NCBI GenBank assembly: GCA_965261395.1
Contig: OZ253462.1
Coordinates: 2,848,001 to 2,912,000, forward strand
DNA from: Candidatus Latescibacterota bacterium
GTDB lineage: Bacteria; Latescibacterota; UBA2968; UBA8231
Direction: 5' to 3'
Length of the DNA stretch: 64,000 bases
The translations under genes and the position numbers were made by a program. Positions within the stretch are counted from its first letter, which is position 1; each line of letters begins with the position of its first letter. The notes beneath the pieces are model-generated. The model saw only the letters and a list, made by a program, of their open reading frames with translations, did not search any database and was not told the origin of the DNA. This document shows positions 48,365 to 57,550 of this stretch, one piece after another.

Positions 48365-49530
48365 GGCTTCGTCGCGCTCTTCAAGGAGCGGATGGGGCGG
48401 TATTGACCGTCGCTGTCGAGCACGGTGAGGAAAACAGCGTCCGAACCCTGATTATCGCCGTCTCCGTAGCGGAGCTCGAACCCATCTAGGTCGATGACCT
48501 CGGCGCGGCGCAAGTTGTCTAATAGGCAGGCGCGACTGACCGCCCGGCCGCAGCCGGTGAGGGCGGCGACGGCCAAGCGACCAGCTAGGTAGCCCTCGAA
48601 TGAGACGAAACTAGGCTCTGCCCTCGGGGCGTAAGCTGCGAGGGCACGGCGGTACGAGCCGACTATGGCTGGTTCGCTGGCCGTGGGGAAGGGCACGACC
48701 TGCGAGACTATGACCCCTGTGCCGGCGGGGCCGAGTTCCCGCGCCAATGCTTTACTACCTACGAATGAGATGGTCGCAAAGATGGGGTTGAAACTCGTCG
48801 CTTGCGCCCAGGCGATTAAGGTTGCGACCGGCTGGTAGGTCCCGATCAAAATCACGGCTTGGGGACGGCCGTTGCGCAGATCGAGCAGGGCCGTCTTCAC
48901 CGCCTTGGTGTTGCGCGGATACACGCCGACCGCCACGAGGGATAATGCGCGACGTTCTAGCGCGCGGCGCACGCCGTGAAACCCCTCCCGGCCGAAGGAG
49001 TCGTCTTGGTACATTATGGCAATGCGCTCAATGCCCAAGTCGTCGGTCAGGCGAGCGACGAGTTCCTCGGTTTCCTGATAGTAGGAGGCGCGTAGGTTGA
49101 CTACGCCGCGCCACTTGGGGTCGCGGAGAAAATTACTGCCCGTAAAGGGAGCGATGTAGGGGACGCCAGCATCTTCGGCGATGGGAACGGCTGCGCGCGA
49201 GGTTGGGGTGCCAACGGCACCGATCAGCGCGAAGACCCGCTCGCCTTCGATCAACTGGCGGGTGTTGTCGATGGCGGCCTCCGGCTCGTACCCGTCGTCG
49301 AGCGACACCAATTCGAGCCGGCGCCCGTGGACTCCGCCCTGCTCATTCACCTCCCGGAAGGCCGTCTGCATCCCGAGCCGCATGTTCCGGCCCAACTCCT
49401 GAACTGGTCCGCTAAAGGCGGCGGATTGGCCAAAGAGGATACTCCGGTCGGAGACGCCGGGCTGTTCCTCGCCAAGCGCGGTACCCGCAACCAGCAGCAC
49501 GGCCGCGCATTGAGCAAGGGTGCTACTCAA
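48361..49530 (-). CDS. Periplasmic ligand-binding protein (LivJ-like, Peripla_BP_6)
   Basis: GGVHGRRLELVSLDDGYEP, VGTPT and YQDDSFG motifs; no ABC permease nearby. Confidence 0.85.
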   Translation of the reverse strand: MSSTLAQCAAVLLVAGTALGEEQPGVSDRSILFGQSAAFSGPVQELGRNMRLGMQTAFREVNEQGGVHGRRLELVSLDDGYEPEAAIDNTRQLIEGERVFALIGAVGTPTSRAAVPIAEDAGVPYIAPFTGSNFLRDPKWRGVVNLRASYYQETEELVARLTDDLGIERIAIMYQDDSFGREGFHGVRRALERRALSLVAVGVYPRNTKAVKTALLDLRNGRPQAVILIGTYQPVATLIAWAQATSFNPIFATISFVGSKALARELGPAGTGVIVSQVVPFPTASEPAIVGSYRRALAAYAPRAEPSFVSFEGYLAGRLAVAALTGCGRAVSRACLLDNLRRAEVIDLDGFELRYGDGDNQGSDAVFLTVLDSDGQYRPIRSLKSATKP

Positions 49531-49949
49531 CTATCCCTCCGCTTGACCAAGGTCAGGCAGTTCTTGTCTTGCTGTCGCTGGTAGTGGACCTCGTCCATCA
49601 TGGTGCGCACGAGGTGGATGCCGAGGCCGCCCACGGTGCGGTCCTCAACCGCGGCGTCCAAGTCCGGCTCTGGTGCGTCGCTGAGCGGATTGAAGGCGTG
49701 GCCGTCGTCCTCGATCTCGATTGTGATCGCCTCGTCCTCCGAGGAGATCACAATCGAGATTTCGTGGGCTTTGTCGTCGTCGTGCCCGTAATTGACGATG
49801 TTGACTCCCAATTCCTCGACGGCCAGCCCGATCTGAAAGGTGACGTCTGGAGACCAGTTTTCTTCCGCTGCGATCTCCTCAATGGCGGCATTGACCTTCT
49901 GCAGTTCGTCTAGGTCGGTCGCTATGAGCAGCGATCTTTGAGCGCTCAT
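49527..49949 (-). CDS. Anti-sigma factor/Ser kinase (RsbW-like HATPase_c_2)
   Basis: EELGVNIVNYG, DDGHAFNP and GGLGIHLV motifs. Confidence 0.9.
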   Translation of the reverse strand: MSAQRSLLIATDLDELQKVNAAIEEIAAEENWSPDVTFQIGLAVEELGVNIVNYGHDDDKAHEISIVISSEDEAITIEIEDDGHAFNPLSDAPEPDLDAAVEDRTVGGLGIHLVRTMMDEVHYQRQQDKNCLTLVKRRDS

Positions 49950-51115
49950 TGGTCTGTCTCGCTGCGGCGAAGCGTCAGGCAGGTGACGTCGTCAAATTGA
50001 GGGGCCTCGCCGGCAAAGGCCTCGACCGCGTCAAAAACCGCCCCGTTGGTGGCGCGGGCATCCGTGGGTGCCCCGTTGGTGAAAACCTCGCATAGGCGTT
50101 CTAGCCCGAACTGGTCGCCGTGGTCGTTTTCGGCCTCGGTGACGCCGTCGGTGTATAAGACGACGCGGTCGCCGGGCTGTAGGGTCATTGTGCTTTCTTC
50201 GTAGGTGAAATCTGGCACCACGCCGAGTGCTATCCCGCCGGTCGGAGGAATCACGGTTGAGCTGCCGTCGGCGTGGACCACCAGCGGCGTATTGTGCCCG
50301 CCATTGGCATAGGTTAGCTCGCCGTTTTCTGGGTCGAAAGTCGCGTAAAAGACGGTCACGAACATGGCGGCGTCGTTTTCTTCTTGCAGCAGTTGGTTTA
50401 CTTCGCTCAACACCTTGCCCGGCGCGTCGAGACCGATGGCCGCGCCCTTCAGCAGGGTGCGGCTCGACATCATAAACAGGGCTGCCGGCACGCCCTTGTC
50501 CGAGACATCGGCGACGACGAGACCGATGCGGCCGTCTTCGAGGGATAAAACGTCGAAGAAGTCGCCGCCGACGTCGCGCGCGGGCTTCATGCTACCGAAG
50601 ATTTCAAAGCCCCGACCCGTGGGGAAACTGGTGGGCAAGATGGACTGCTGCATCTTGTTGGCCACGCTGAGTTCGTTTTGCAGGGCGACCAGTTTGTCGC
50701 GCGACTCCAGCGCCTCACGCCACAGCTCTAGATGGTGCAAGGTCCGCTGGATGGTCACCTTCATGTCCTCGAAGTCGATGGGCTTGGTGATGAAGTCAAA
50801 CGCGCCCCGGTTCATGGCCGTGCGGATGTTCTTCATGTCGCCGTATGCCGAGACGATGACCGAGCGGATGTTGGGGTCTACCTTGGGGATCTGATCAAGC
50901 AAGGTGAGCCCGTCCATCCGGGGCATGTTGATGTCCGTGAGCACCATGTCGATGTCTTGCTCTTCGTTCAGCACCTCTAGGGCTTCAACGCCGTTTTGGG
51001 CAAACATAAAGCTGTACTGGCCCGAGCGAATCTCGCGGCGCATGCGCTGTCGCACTAGGTGCTCGAGATCTGGCTCGTCGTCGACGACGAGGATCTTGGG
51101 TCGTAGTATTTGCAT
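49946..51115 (-). CDS. Response regulator-PP2C phosphatase (RsbU/RsbP-like)
   Basis: REC (VVDD, TDINMP, KP) plus SpoIIE (GGDFFD, DVSDKG, YTDGVTEA, DDVT). Confidence 0.92.
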   Translation of the reverse strand: MQILRPKILVVDDEPDLEHLVRQRMRREIRSGQYSFMFAQNGVEALEVLNEEQDIDMVLTDINMPRMDGLTLLDQIPKVDPNIRSVIVSAYGDMKNIRTAMNRGAFDFITKPIDFEDMKVTIQRTLHHLELWREALESRDKLVALQNELSVANKMQQSILPTSFPTGRGFEIFGSMKPARDVGGDFFDVLSLEDGRIGLVVADVSDKGVPAALFMMSSRTLLKGAAIGLDAPGKVLSEVNQLLQEENDAAMFVTVFYATFDPENGELTYANGGHNTPLVVHADGSSTVIPPTGGIALGVVPDFTYEESTMTLQPGDRVVLYTDGVTEAENDHGDQFGLERLCEVFTNGAPTDARATNGAVFDAVEAFAGEAPQFDDVTCLTLRRSETDQ

Positions 51116-51159
51116 CTCTTTCCACCAAGTTGGTTTAGCCTAATGCGGCTATTAAGCGG

Positions 51160-52287
51160 TTAATTTCCCGGCTCCACCACTACCTTCATGGCCTCTTCGC
51201 TGCCGGTGATGTCGAGGCCCTCGCGGATGTGGGACAGCGGCAGCCGGTGCGTGATAAAGCGATCCAAGGGCGCGGTGGTGCGGCGCAAGAAAGATAGCGC
51301 GGTCTTGAACTGCATGGAAGGATACGCCCACATGCCGCGGATGTCCAAATCCTTAAAACAGACGATGTGCGGGCGAATCTCCACTCCTCCTGGATCGGTG
51401 AAGTGCCCCACCTCCACGACAATGCCACCCCGGCGCACCAAGTCGAGCGATTCCTTGAAGGCTACGGGCACGCCGGCCGTTTCAATGACGATATCGGCCC
51501 CCACGCCTGCGGTCATGTCTTGGAGGGCTAGCTGCCGCTGCTCAGGGCTACCTTCACCCATCGCCAGCACTTGATGAGCGCCCATGGCGCGGGCGAGTTC
51601 CAACCGGGCCGCGCTCAGGTCGCCGGCGATAATCAGGTCGGTGCCGATGTGGCTCAGTACTGCCACCACGAGCTGACCGATGGGGCCGGCTCCGAGGACC
51701 AGCACGGATTTGTCGAGGCCCAGCCCTTCGCCGATGTGCGGGATGCCCGGGCCCAAGGCGCGCTCTACGGCCCGGGTGGCCACGGCTGCTGGCTCGGTGA
51801 GTACCGCCCGTTCCGAGGGCAGGTCGTCGGGAATCTTGAAGAGCCACGAGTGTCCTGTTAAATGCAGATATTCGGCAAAACCGCCGCGCGGCATGGGCGC
51901 GAGATCGGCGGACACGAATCCGTACACAAAGCGGTTGGAGCACAGGGTGGGTCGCTGAGGCATGTGCAGGCAGTAGTGGCATCGCCCGCAGGCCCGTGAC
52001 GAGGGCGTCGTGGTGACGCGGTCGCCCACCGCGACCGGGCCGCCCACTATGGCCAAGCTATCGGCTGCGGCCGGGCCCATCTCTTCGATGATGCCCACTA
52101 ATTCGTGGCCGGGTATCACGGGAAACGGCAGGGCCATATGGCCGGCGAACATGTGCTTATCGCTGCCGCAGATACCCGTGCGTTCGATCTTCAATAGGAC
52201 TTCGTCGTCCCCGATCTGGGGTTTGGGATACGAGTGTACGGCGATCTCGCCTGGGCCGGTCATAATCGCTGCCTGTATCTGACTCAT
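51160..52287 (-). CDS. Zn-dependent dehydrogenase (MDR)
   Basis: CGSD, GHE, CGRCHYC...C and GAGPIG motifs. Confidence 0.9.
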   Translation of the reverse strand: MSQIQAAIMTGPGEIAVHSYPKPQIGDDEVLLKIERTGICGSDKHMFAGHMALPFPVIPGHELVGIIEEMGPAAADSLAIVGGPVAVGDRVTTTPSSRACGRCHYCLHMPQRPTLCSNRFVYGFVSADLAPMPRGGFAEYLHLTGHSWLFKIPDDLPSERAVLTEPAAVATRAVERALGPGIPHIGEGLGLDKSVLVLGAGPIGQLVVAVLSHIGTDLIIAGDLSAARLELARAMGAHQVLAMGEGSPEQRQLALQDMTAGVGADIVIETAGVPVAFKESLDLVRRGGIVVEVGHFTDPGGVEIRPHIVCFKDLDIRGMWAYPSMQFKTALSFLRRTTAPLDRFITHRLPLSHIREGLDITGSEEAMKVVVEPGN

Positions 52288-52309
52288 GCTTTTCTTCTCC
52301 TATGCGATT

Positions 52310-53065
52310 CTAGTAACCAATGCTGTGCATGTACTGGCGGTTGATTTGCATTTTCTCGGTTTCGGGTCGCTCGGCTTCTCCGGGGCGGACTGTGACCCAG
52401 CCGGCGTATCCAGCCTCCTGCAACGCCGCCATAAATGCCGGGTAGTCGCACATGGGGCCTTCGCCCAGTTCCACGGTCTGTCCGTCTTTGAAGTCATGCA
52501 GATGCACGTACGCGATCCGCGCGGCAAAATCGCGCACGGCTTGGACCGGGTCGTAGCCCCAATGTACGGCGTGAGACATGTCCATACAGAGGCAACACAC
52601 GTCTAGGCGACGCATGAAGCGCTTCCACTCGTCGGCGCTGTTGACGAGGTGATTGATATGCGGATGAAATGTAACCACAACGCCCAAGTTAGCGCCGTAC
52701 GCGGCTAGGTCCTCGTACGCGGCCGCCATCTGGTCCAACTCCGCGTCCGTGCCGTTGCGGCCTTCGCGCCCCGGGCCTTTGGTCATAAAGGTCTCGACCC
52801 CGAGCTCGGCGGCAAACTCGATTCGCCGCTTGTTGATCTGTTGGCTCGGCCCGTCGAGGTTCAGCACGACATTCGGCCCGCAGACGGCGGCCACTTCCAC
52901 GCCCGATGCCTCGCAGAGCTGTCGCACGCGCTGCGGCGTGCCCAGCCAGTCGAGCGGCTGTCGCGCCTCCCAGCCGTCCCAGCCAAAAGCCCGCAGGGCC
53001 GCTAGCTCTTGCGCTAGGTCGGGTGCCCGCCAGAATAGGCCGCTGTACGCCAATTTGTAGCTCAT
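52310..53065 (-). CDS. Sugar phosphate isomerase/epimerase (IolE-like TIM barrel)
   Basis: HPH, DMSH, VHLHD and ELGEG motifs; start reassigned to ATG at 53065. Confidence 0.8.
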   Translation of the reverse strand: MSYKLAYSGLFWRAPDLAQELAALRAFGWDGWEARQPLDWLGTPQRVRQLCEASGVEVAAVCGPNVVLNLDGPSQQINKRRIEFAAELGVETFMTKGPGREGRNGTDAELDQMAAAYEDLAAYGANLGVVVTFHPHINHLVNSADEWKRFMRRLDVCCLCMDMSHAVHWGYDPVQAVRDFAARIAYVHLHDFKDGQTVELGEGPMCDYPAFMAALQEAGYAGWVTVRPGEAERPETEKMQINRQYMHSIGY

Positions 53066-53314
53066 TTCCCTACGCCTGCCTACGAGGCCCCAATGTACCC
53101 AACCGCCGAGGCTGGAGCAATGGACCGTTGCCGTTGTGAATAGAAATTTAAACGAGATGTTACTTGGGGCATCATATAACTGAAATAGGCGCGAAATTAG
53201 AAGCGGTTTCGCACCTTTTGGCCGACATGCTGGACCAGGTGACGGAAGACAATCTTCATTCCGAGTTGGACACCGGTCCAGCCCAAGGCAACGAGGCATG
53301 GTAGAGCGGTGGAA

Positions 53315-54301
53315 TCACGTCCATGCAAATACCACGCCCAATGCCTCTTTTGGCTTGTCGGCGAGCATGTCGTAGGTGGTTTGGCAATCGGCGGGGTTGG
53401 CGACGTGGGTGATCAGATCTTCGATGGGTAACTTGCCGGCGGCCATCAGGCGCAAGACCAGATCGCGGTCTCTGTTTTTGTTCCAAGGATAATAGATGTG
53501 GTCATCGTCCGGGGTTTTGGGCTGGTGTGCGCCGAGGATCGCGATTTCGCGCTGGTGAACCTCGGGCAAAAAGCTCACTTCGACAGTGCCGCGCGGAGAT
53601 CCTAGCGCGACTAGGCGGCCCCCTAGCCGCGGCAAGGTCAGCGCCATGGGATAGACTGCGGGGATGCCGGTTGCTTCGATGACTATATCGACGCCGTCTC
53701 CCACGCAATGCTGGCGCACGGCTGCGGCGACATCGCCGTTGGGATTGATGCAAACATCTGCGCCCCGGTCTTTGGCTTTGCCCAAGCGGAATTCGTCTAG
53801 ATCGATTGCAATGACCGGGAGGGCACCGGCCAACCGCGCAAAGGTCGCTGCCAATTGGCCCACAATGCCCATGCCGGTGATGGCAACAGCCTCGCCCAAT
53901 TCGGGACGACCAACTCGATGCCCGTGCAGGGCAATGGCGCACATGACCATGAAGGCCGCGGATTGGGGCGAGACGTCGGCGGGTGCTTGGTGGAAATTGC
54001 CGGTCAGAACTGCGTGGCTGGCGTGGTTGCCTTGGCCAGTAATGCGGTCGCCGGGTTGTATCTCCTGCACGTCTTTGCCGACTTCGAGCACCACGCCTGT
54101 GTTGCAGTAGCCGGTGGAGCGCGGAAAATTTCTCGCACTCGAAGGTTCGCCGCCGTGTGCGTAGCTGTAGATTTCAGTGCCAACGCTTACGGCGGTGTAG
54201 TCGTTTTGCACCAAAATGCCGTGGTCGGGCACGCGCGGCAGCTCAAATTCCGCCAATTCGATCCGCCGGATGTCGGTGCATATTAATCGCTGTGCTTTCA
54301 T
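53315..54301 (-). CDS. MDR-family alcohol dehydrogenase
   Basis: SVGTE, GYC, HASH and GMGIVG motifs; start reassigned to ATG at 54301. Confidence 0.85.
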   Translation of the reverse strand: MKAQRLICTDIRRIELAEFELPRVPDHGILVQNDYTAVSVGTEIYSYAHGGEPSSARNFPRSTGYCNTGVVLEVGKDVQEIQPGDRITGQGNHASHAVLTGNFHQAPADVSPQSAAFMVMCAIALHGHRVGRPELGEAVAITGMGIVGQLAATFARLAGALPVIAIDLDEFRLGKAKDRGADVCINPNGDVAAAVRQHCVGDGVDIVIEATGIPAVYPMALTLPRLGGRLVALGSPRGTVEVSFLPEVHQREIAILGAHQPKTPDDDHIYYPWNKNRDRDLVLRLMAAGKLPIEDLITHVANPADCQTTYDMLADKPKEALGVVFAWT

Positions 54302-54315
54302 GGCTAGCTCGGCTC

Positions 54316-55872
54316 TCAGCAGTGGTCGGTGAAGCGGCGTTGGTCTTTGTGCCGAAGGTGGCGCGAGTCGAATTCTAGCGATCCGTTTGCCGCGACTGAA
54401 TCGAGAAAGTCGAGCGCCACGCGAATGGATTCGAGCAGGTGTTCTGCCATGCCTCGGGTGAGGTTGCTTTTTACGACAATGCGGAACATACACGATTCCG
54501 CGTCCGCGTCGTGAAAAAGAGGTAGTTGCTCACCCGACAGGGGATGGTCGAATTGCATGCGATAGCTGCCCACATACCAGTGATGCTGGGAAAGCACATG
54601 CTGCAGGTCAACATCATCGTAGTTCAACTCGCATGCTGGATTCAGCATCGCCGTCACCACCGGCAGGCATCCCTCGTCGCCGTGGTCGAGCATGGCGAAG
54701 CGAGGTTTGCCAGCGTGGGTCATCGCCCGCAGCCCGTCGCGCAGGTAACGAGCGTTCTCCATCATATTGTCGCAGCATTGGCGGTAACCGGATATACCAT
54801 AGTGCAGCAGCTTGTAGTATTGGCCATAAACCCCCGTTGCCGGCCTGGAGAAATTCAAGGTATATGACTCCGCCTTGCCGCCAAGGTAGCTCACGGAGAT
54901 GGCGACGTGGTCACTCAGGTCGGCGCGATGCCGCCAGACGATCCAACCCGTGCCGCAAATGGATTCGCCATACTTGTGCCCGCTGGAGGATATCGACAAC
55001 ACGTTCCCAACGCGGAAGTCCCACGGAGGCAGGTCGTCTTGGAAAGGCGCGATGAAGCCGCCGGATGCGGCATCGACATGGATGCCAACCTGATAGCCCC
55101 TTGCCGCGTTGACTTGGTCGATAACATCGCTCACTTCTTGGACTGGATCGTAGTGTCCGCCATAGTGATTGCCCATGATGCAAACCACGCCGATGGTCTG
55201 ATCGTCGATCTGCTCGCGCACCTTTTCTGGGTCTAACGCGAATGTGTTCACCGACGGCTGGATCAATCTCGGTTCGACATCCATGTATTTGAACAACTTT
55301 TCCCACGCCGCCTGAAAACAGGTGGAGATGATCAGGTTCGGACGGGCGTGCAGGATTTGTTCCACTGTTTTCCGCTGGCGCTTGGCGTGCCAATTGCGCC
55401 AGCGGAATTTCAGCGCCAGCCCGGCGAGCAGGCAAGCCTCAGTGGAACCGACGGTGCCCGCGCCCGCGAAGACACCGTAGTCTTCAAACTCCGGGTCTTT
55501 GGGGCAATGCCACAGGTTGGCGATCATGTTGACGGTCGCGTCGTGCAGCTTATACGACTGGGGATATACCGTCTGGTCGGCGAGGTTCACCCGCAGACCC
55601 ATGAGGGCGATGGCCTCCTCCTCGCGCTCAAGGGCGACGTTCACGTAGGAAGAGGTATTCAGCCGGTGATCGAAATCGAGCGCATGCGCGTTTTCCACCA
55701 TCAGCTTGACGGCCTCTCGATCCAACCCGGTATCGGGAAGGCGCTGTAGGTTGAACCAGTCCTGTTGGACTAGGGGAGACCAGTAATAACCACTGCTACT
55801 CGCCTGCGCCTGCTCCAGCTTTGCGCGGAGTTGCTCTACTTCTTGCCGTAAATGAGTTATTTCGTCCGCCAT
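54316..55872 (-). CDS. gadB: Glutamate decarboxylase (PLP group II)
   Basis: TVGSTEA, HVDAASGGF, SGHKYG and LNFSRP motifs. Confidence 0.85.
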   Translation of the reverse strand: MADEITHLRQEVEQLRAKLEQAQASSSGYYWSPLVQQDWFNLQRLPDTGLDREAVKLMVENAHALDFDHRLNTSSYVNVALEREEEAIALMGLRVNLADQTVYPQSYKLHDATVNMIANLWHCPKDPEFEDYGVFAGAGTVGSTEACLLAGLALKFRWRNWHAKRQRKTVEQILHARPNLIISTCFQAAWEKLFKYMDVEPRLIQPSVNTFALDPEKVREQIDDQTIGVVCIMGNHYGGHYDPVQEVSDVIDQVNAARGYQVGIHVDAASGGFIAPFQDDLPPWDFRVGNVLSISSSGHKYGESICGTGWIVWRHRADLSDHVAISVSYLGGKAESYTLNFSRPATGVYGQYYKLLHYGISGYRQCCDNMMENARYLRDGLRAMTHAGKPRFAMLDHGDEGCLPVVTAMLNPACELNYDDVDLQHVLSQHHWYVGSYRMQFDHPLSGEQLPLFHDADAESCMFRIVVKSNLTRGMAEHLLESIRVALDFLDSVAANGSLEFDSRHLRHKDQRRFTDHC

Positions 55873-55952
55873 GGGCTTTTTTCACTCCTCTTTTTAAGCA
55901 GTCTGTTGAATGGTTATATACAATAGGCCAACAGGCGTTTTCGGCACCCGGC

Positions 55953-57431
55953 TCAGCCGGAGGCATCCGGGTCCCAGATCGCTACCGGATTCGCCGGGTG
56001 CGGATCGACGGGCCAGAGCCCGCGGCCGCTTCCCGTGAACGGAATGGAGGCGAAGTCTAGGGTGCAGACCCCGGGGCCGTCGAACAGCAGGCCGCGCTCC
56101 CAGCGGGTGCCGAAGGCCGCCATCCACCCGGTCATGCTCTTGGCCATGACCGCGAGGGCGGCGTCCGGCTGCAGCCCGGCGCACTCGTAGAAGGCCGGAT
56201 CCGGAGTCATCGCCGGGTACGAGCAGGCGACGAGCTGGATCTGCCCCGACTCGACGACCGCGGCTTCCCCCATCGAGAAGGCCTGGCCCGTGTAGGCTCC
56301 GCCGCGGGCCTTGTAGTTCCCCTCTCCGGTCCAGGTCACGCGCCCTTCCCAGGAGACCGGCGGGTCGCCGGTGGTGAAGCGGGTCGCCCCGCGGCGGGCC
56401 GCGGCGACGGTGCCCGGGTCGACCACCCAGAGCAGCACCTTGCCGGGCAGCTCTTCGCGGAGCGGCAGCAGCCACCGCAGGGCCTCGGCGCTGTGGCCGG
56501 GGGAGCCTCCGGCGGTCGCGTCCGCGGTGTCGGCCAGCACCCAAGGCTCTGGACCCTTGCGCCGGAGCCTCTGCAGGATCTCCGGCCAGGGGGTGAGCCG
56601 ACTTCTCCAGTGGTGCCTCTGGGCGTACCACTCGCCGGCGAGCTGCTGCAGCTCATCGAGGGGGACGCCGCCTCCGGCAGCGGTGACGACCACGGAAGAG
56701 CCCATTTCGTCGATGTCCATCCAGGGCTGCACCGGCAGGATGCAGACGTCGAGGACGTCTCCGTGCCGCCGTTCCAGCTCGCGGGCGCGGGTGAGCAGGT
56801 CGCACAGGTTCCCCTCGAAATGGGTGCTGTCCGTCGGGGGCATCAGGGCGGACACCTTGGCCGCGGCGCGGGTGAAGGGGCCCGGGTGCAGGGCCAGGCA
56901 CGCGGCGCGCTCGCCGGTGGCGGTGAAGTCCATGTGGGGGAAGGTTCGGTACGCGGTGACCGCGTCGGCGTGCCGCAGCATGCGGCGGGTGAAGTTGGCG
57001 TGCAGGTCGAGGGAGAGCACGACCCGGCCGCGGTAGCCGAGATCGGTGCGCACCTGCTCGAGGAGGTACCCCTCGGGATCGTCTTCGCCGTCGGCGGCCG
57101 CGGCCCCGTGCAGGTGGAGGATGAGGACGTCGAACGGCATCGCGGCGGCGACCCGGTCGAGCAGGGTGCCGCTGATCTCGCGCAAGCAGGCGGCGCTCAG
57201 GCGTCCGGCGGGAGAGCCGCAGAGGGCGGTGAAACAGGGGGCGGTTTCCCAGCCGGCTGCGGCCAGCGTCTCTAGGCTGCCGTGCATCTGCGAGTCGGTC
57301 CCGGCGGCCCAGGCGCGCACCCGGGCTTCGTCTTCGAGGAAGACTCCTCCTTTCCTGAAGAGGTCAATCTCCGCCAGGCCGGGGGCGAAGGTGTTGCTTT
57401 CGAAGATGAACTGGGCGAGGGCGGCTTTCAT
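55953..57431 (-). CDS. MlrC/M81 metallopeptidase
   Basis: ESNTF, LHGA, LDLHAN, YRTFPH and DATAGG motifs; visibly higher GC than its flanks. Confidence 0.88.
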   Translation of the reverse strand: MKAALAQFIFESNTFAPGLAEIDLFRKGGVFLEDEARVRAWAAGTDSQMHGSLETLAAAGWETAPCFTALCGSPAGRLSAACLREISGTLLDRVAAAMPFDVLILHLHGAAAADGEDDPEGYLLEQVRTDLGYRGRVVLSLDLHANFTRRMLRHADAVTAYRTFPHMDFTATGERAACLALHPGPFTRAAAKVSALMPPTDSTHFEGNLCDLLTRARELERRHGDVLDVCILPVQPWMDIDEMGSSVVVTAAGGGVPLDELQQLAGEWYAQRHHWRSRLTPWPEILQRLRRKGPEPWVLADTADATAGGSPGHSAEALRWLLPLREELPGKVLLWVVDPGTVAAARRGATRFTTGDPPVSWEGRVTWTGEGNYKARGGAYTGQAFSMGEAAVVESGQIQLVACSYPAMTPDPAFYECAGLQPDAALAVMAKSMTGWMAAFGTRWERGLLFDGPGVCTLDFASIPFTGSGRGLWPVDPHPANPVAIWDPDASG

Positions 57432-57550
57432 CGGACAGCTCGGGTAATGGGTTGTAATCCCAGCGGCTCTAACATATCCAATGCGGTGAAGGCGGGGCCA
57501 ACCGGGGCCCTAGGTAGGATCACGCCCCACACAATCCCCGGCTAGTCCGT

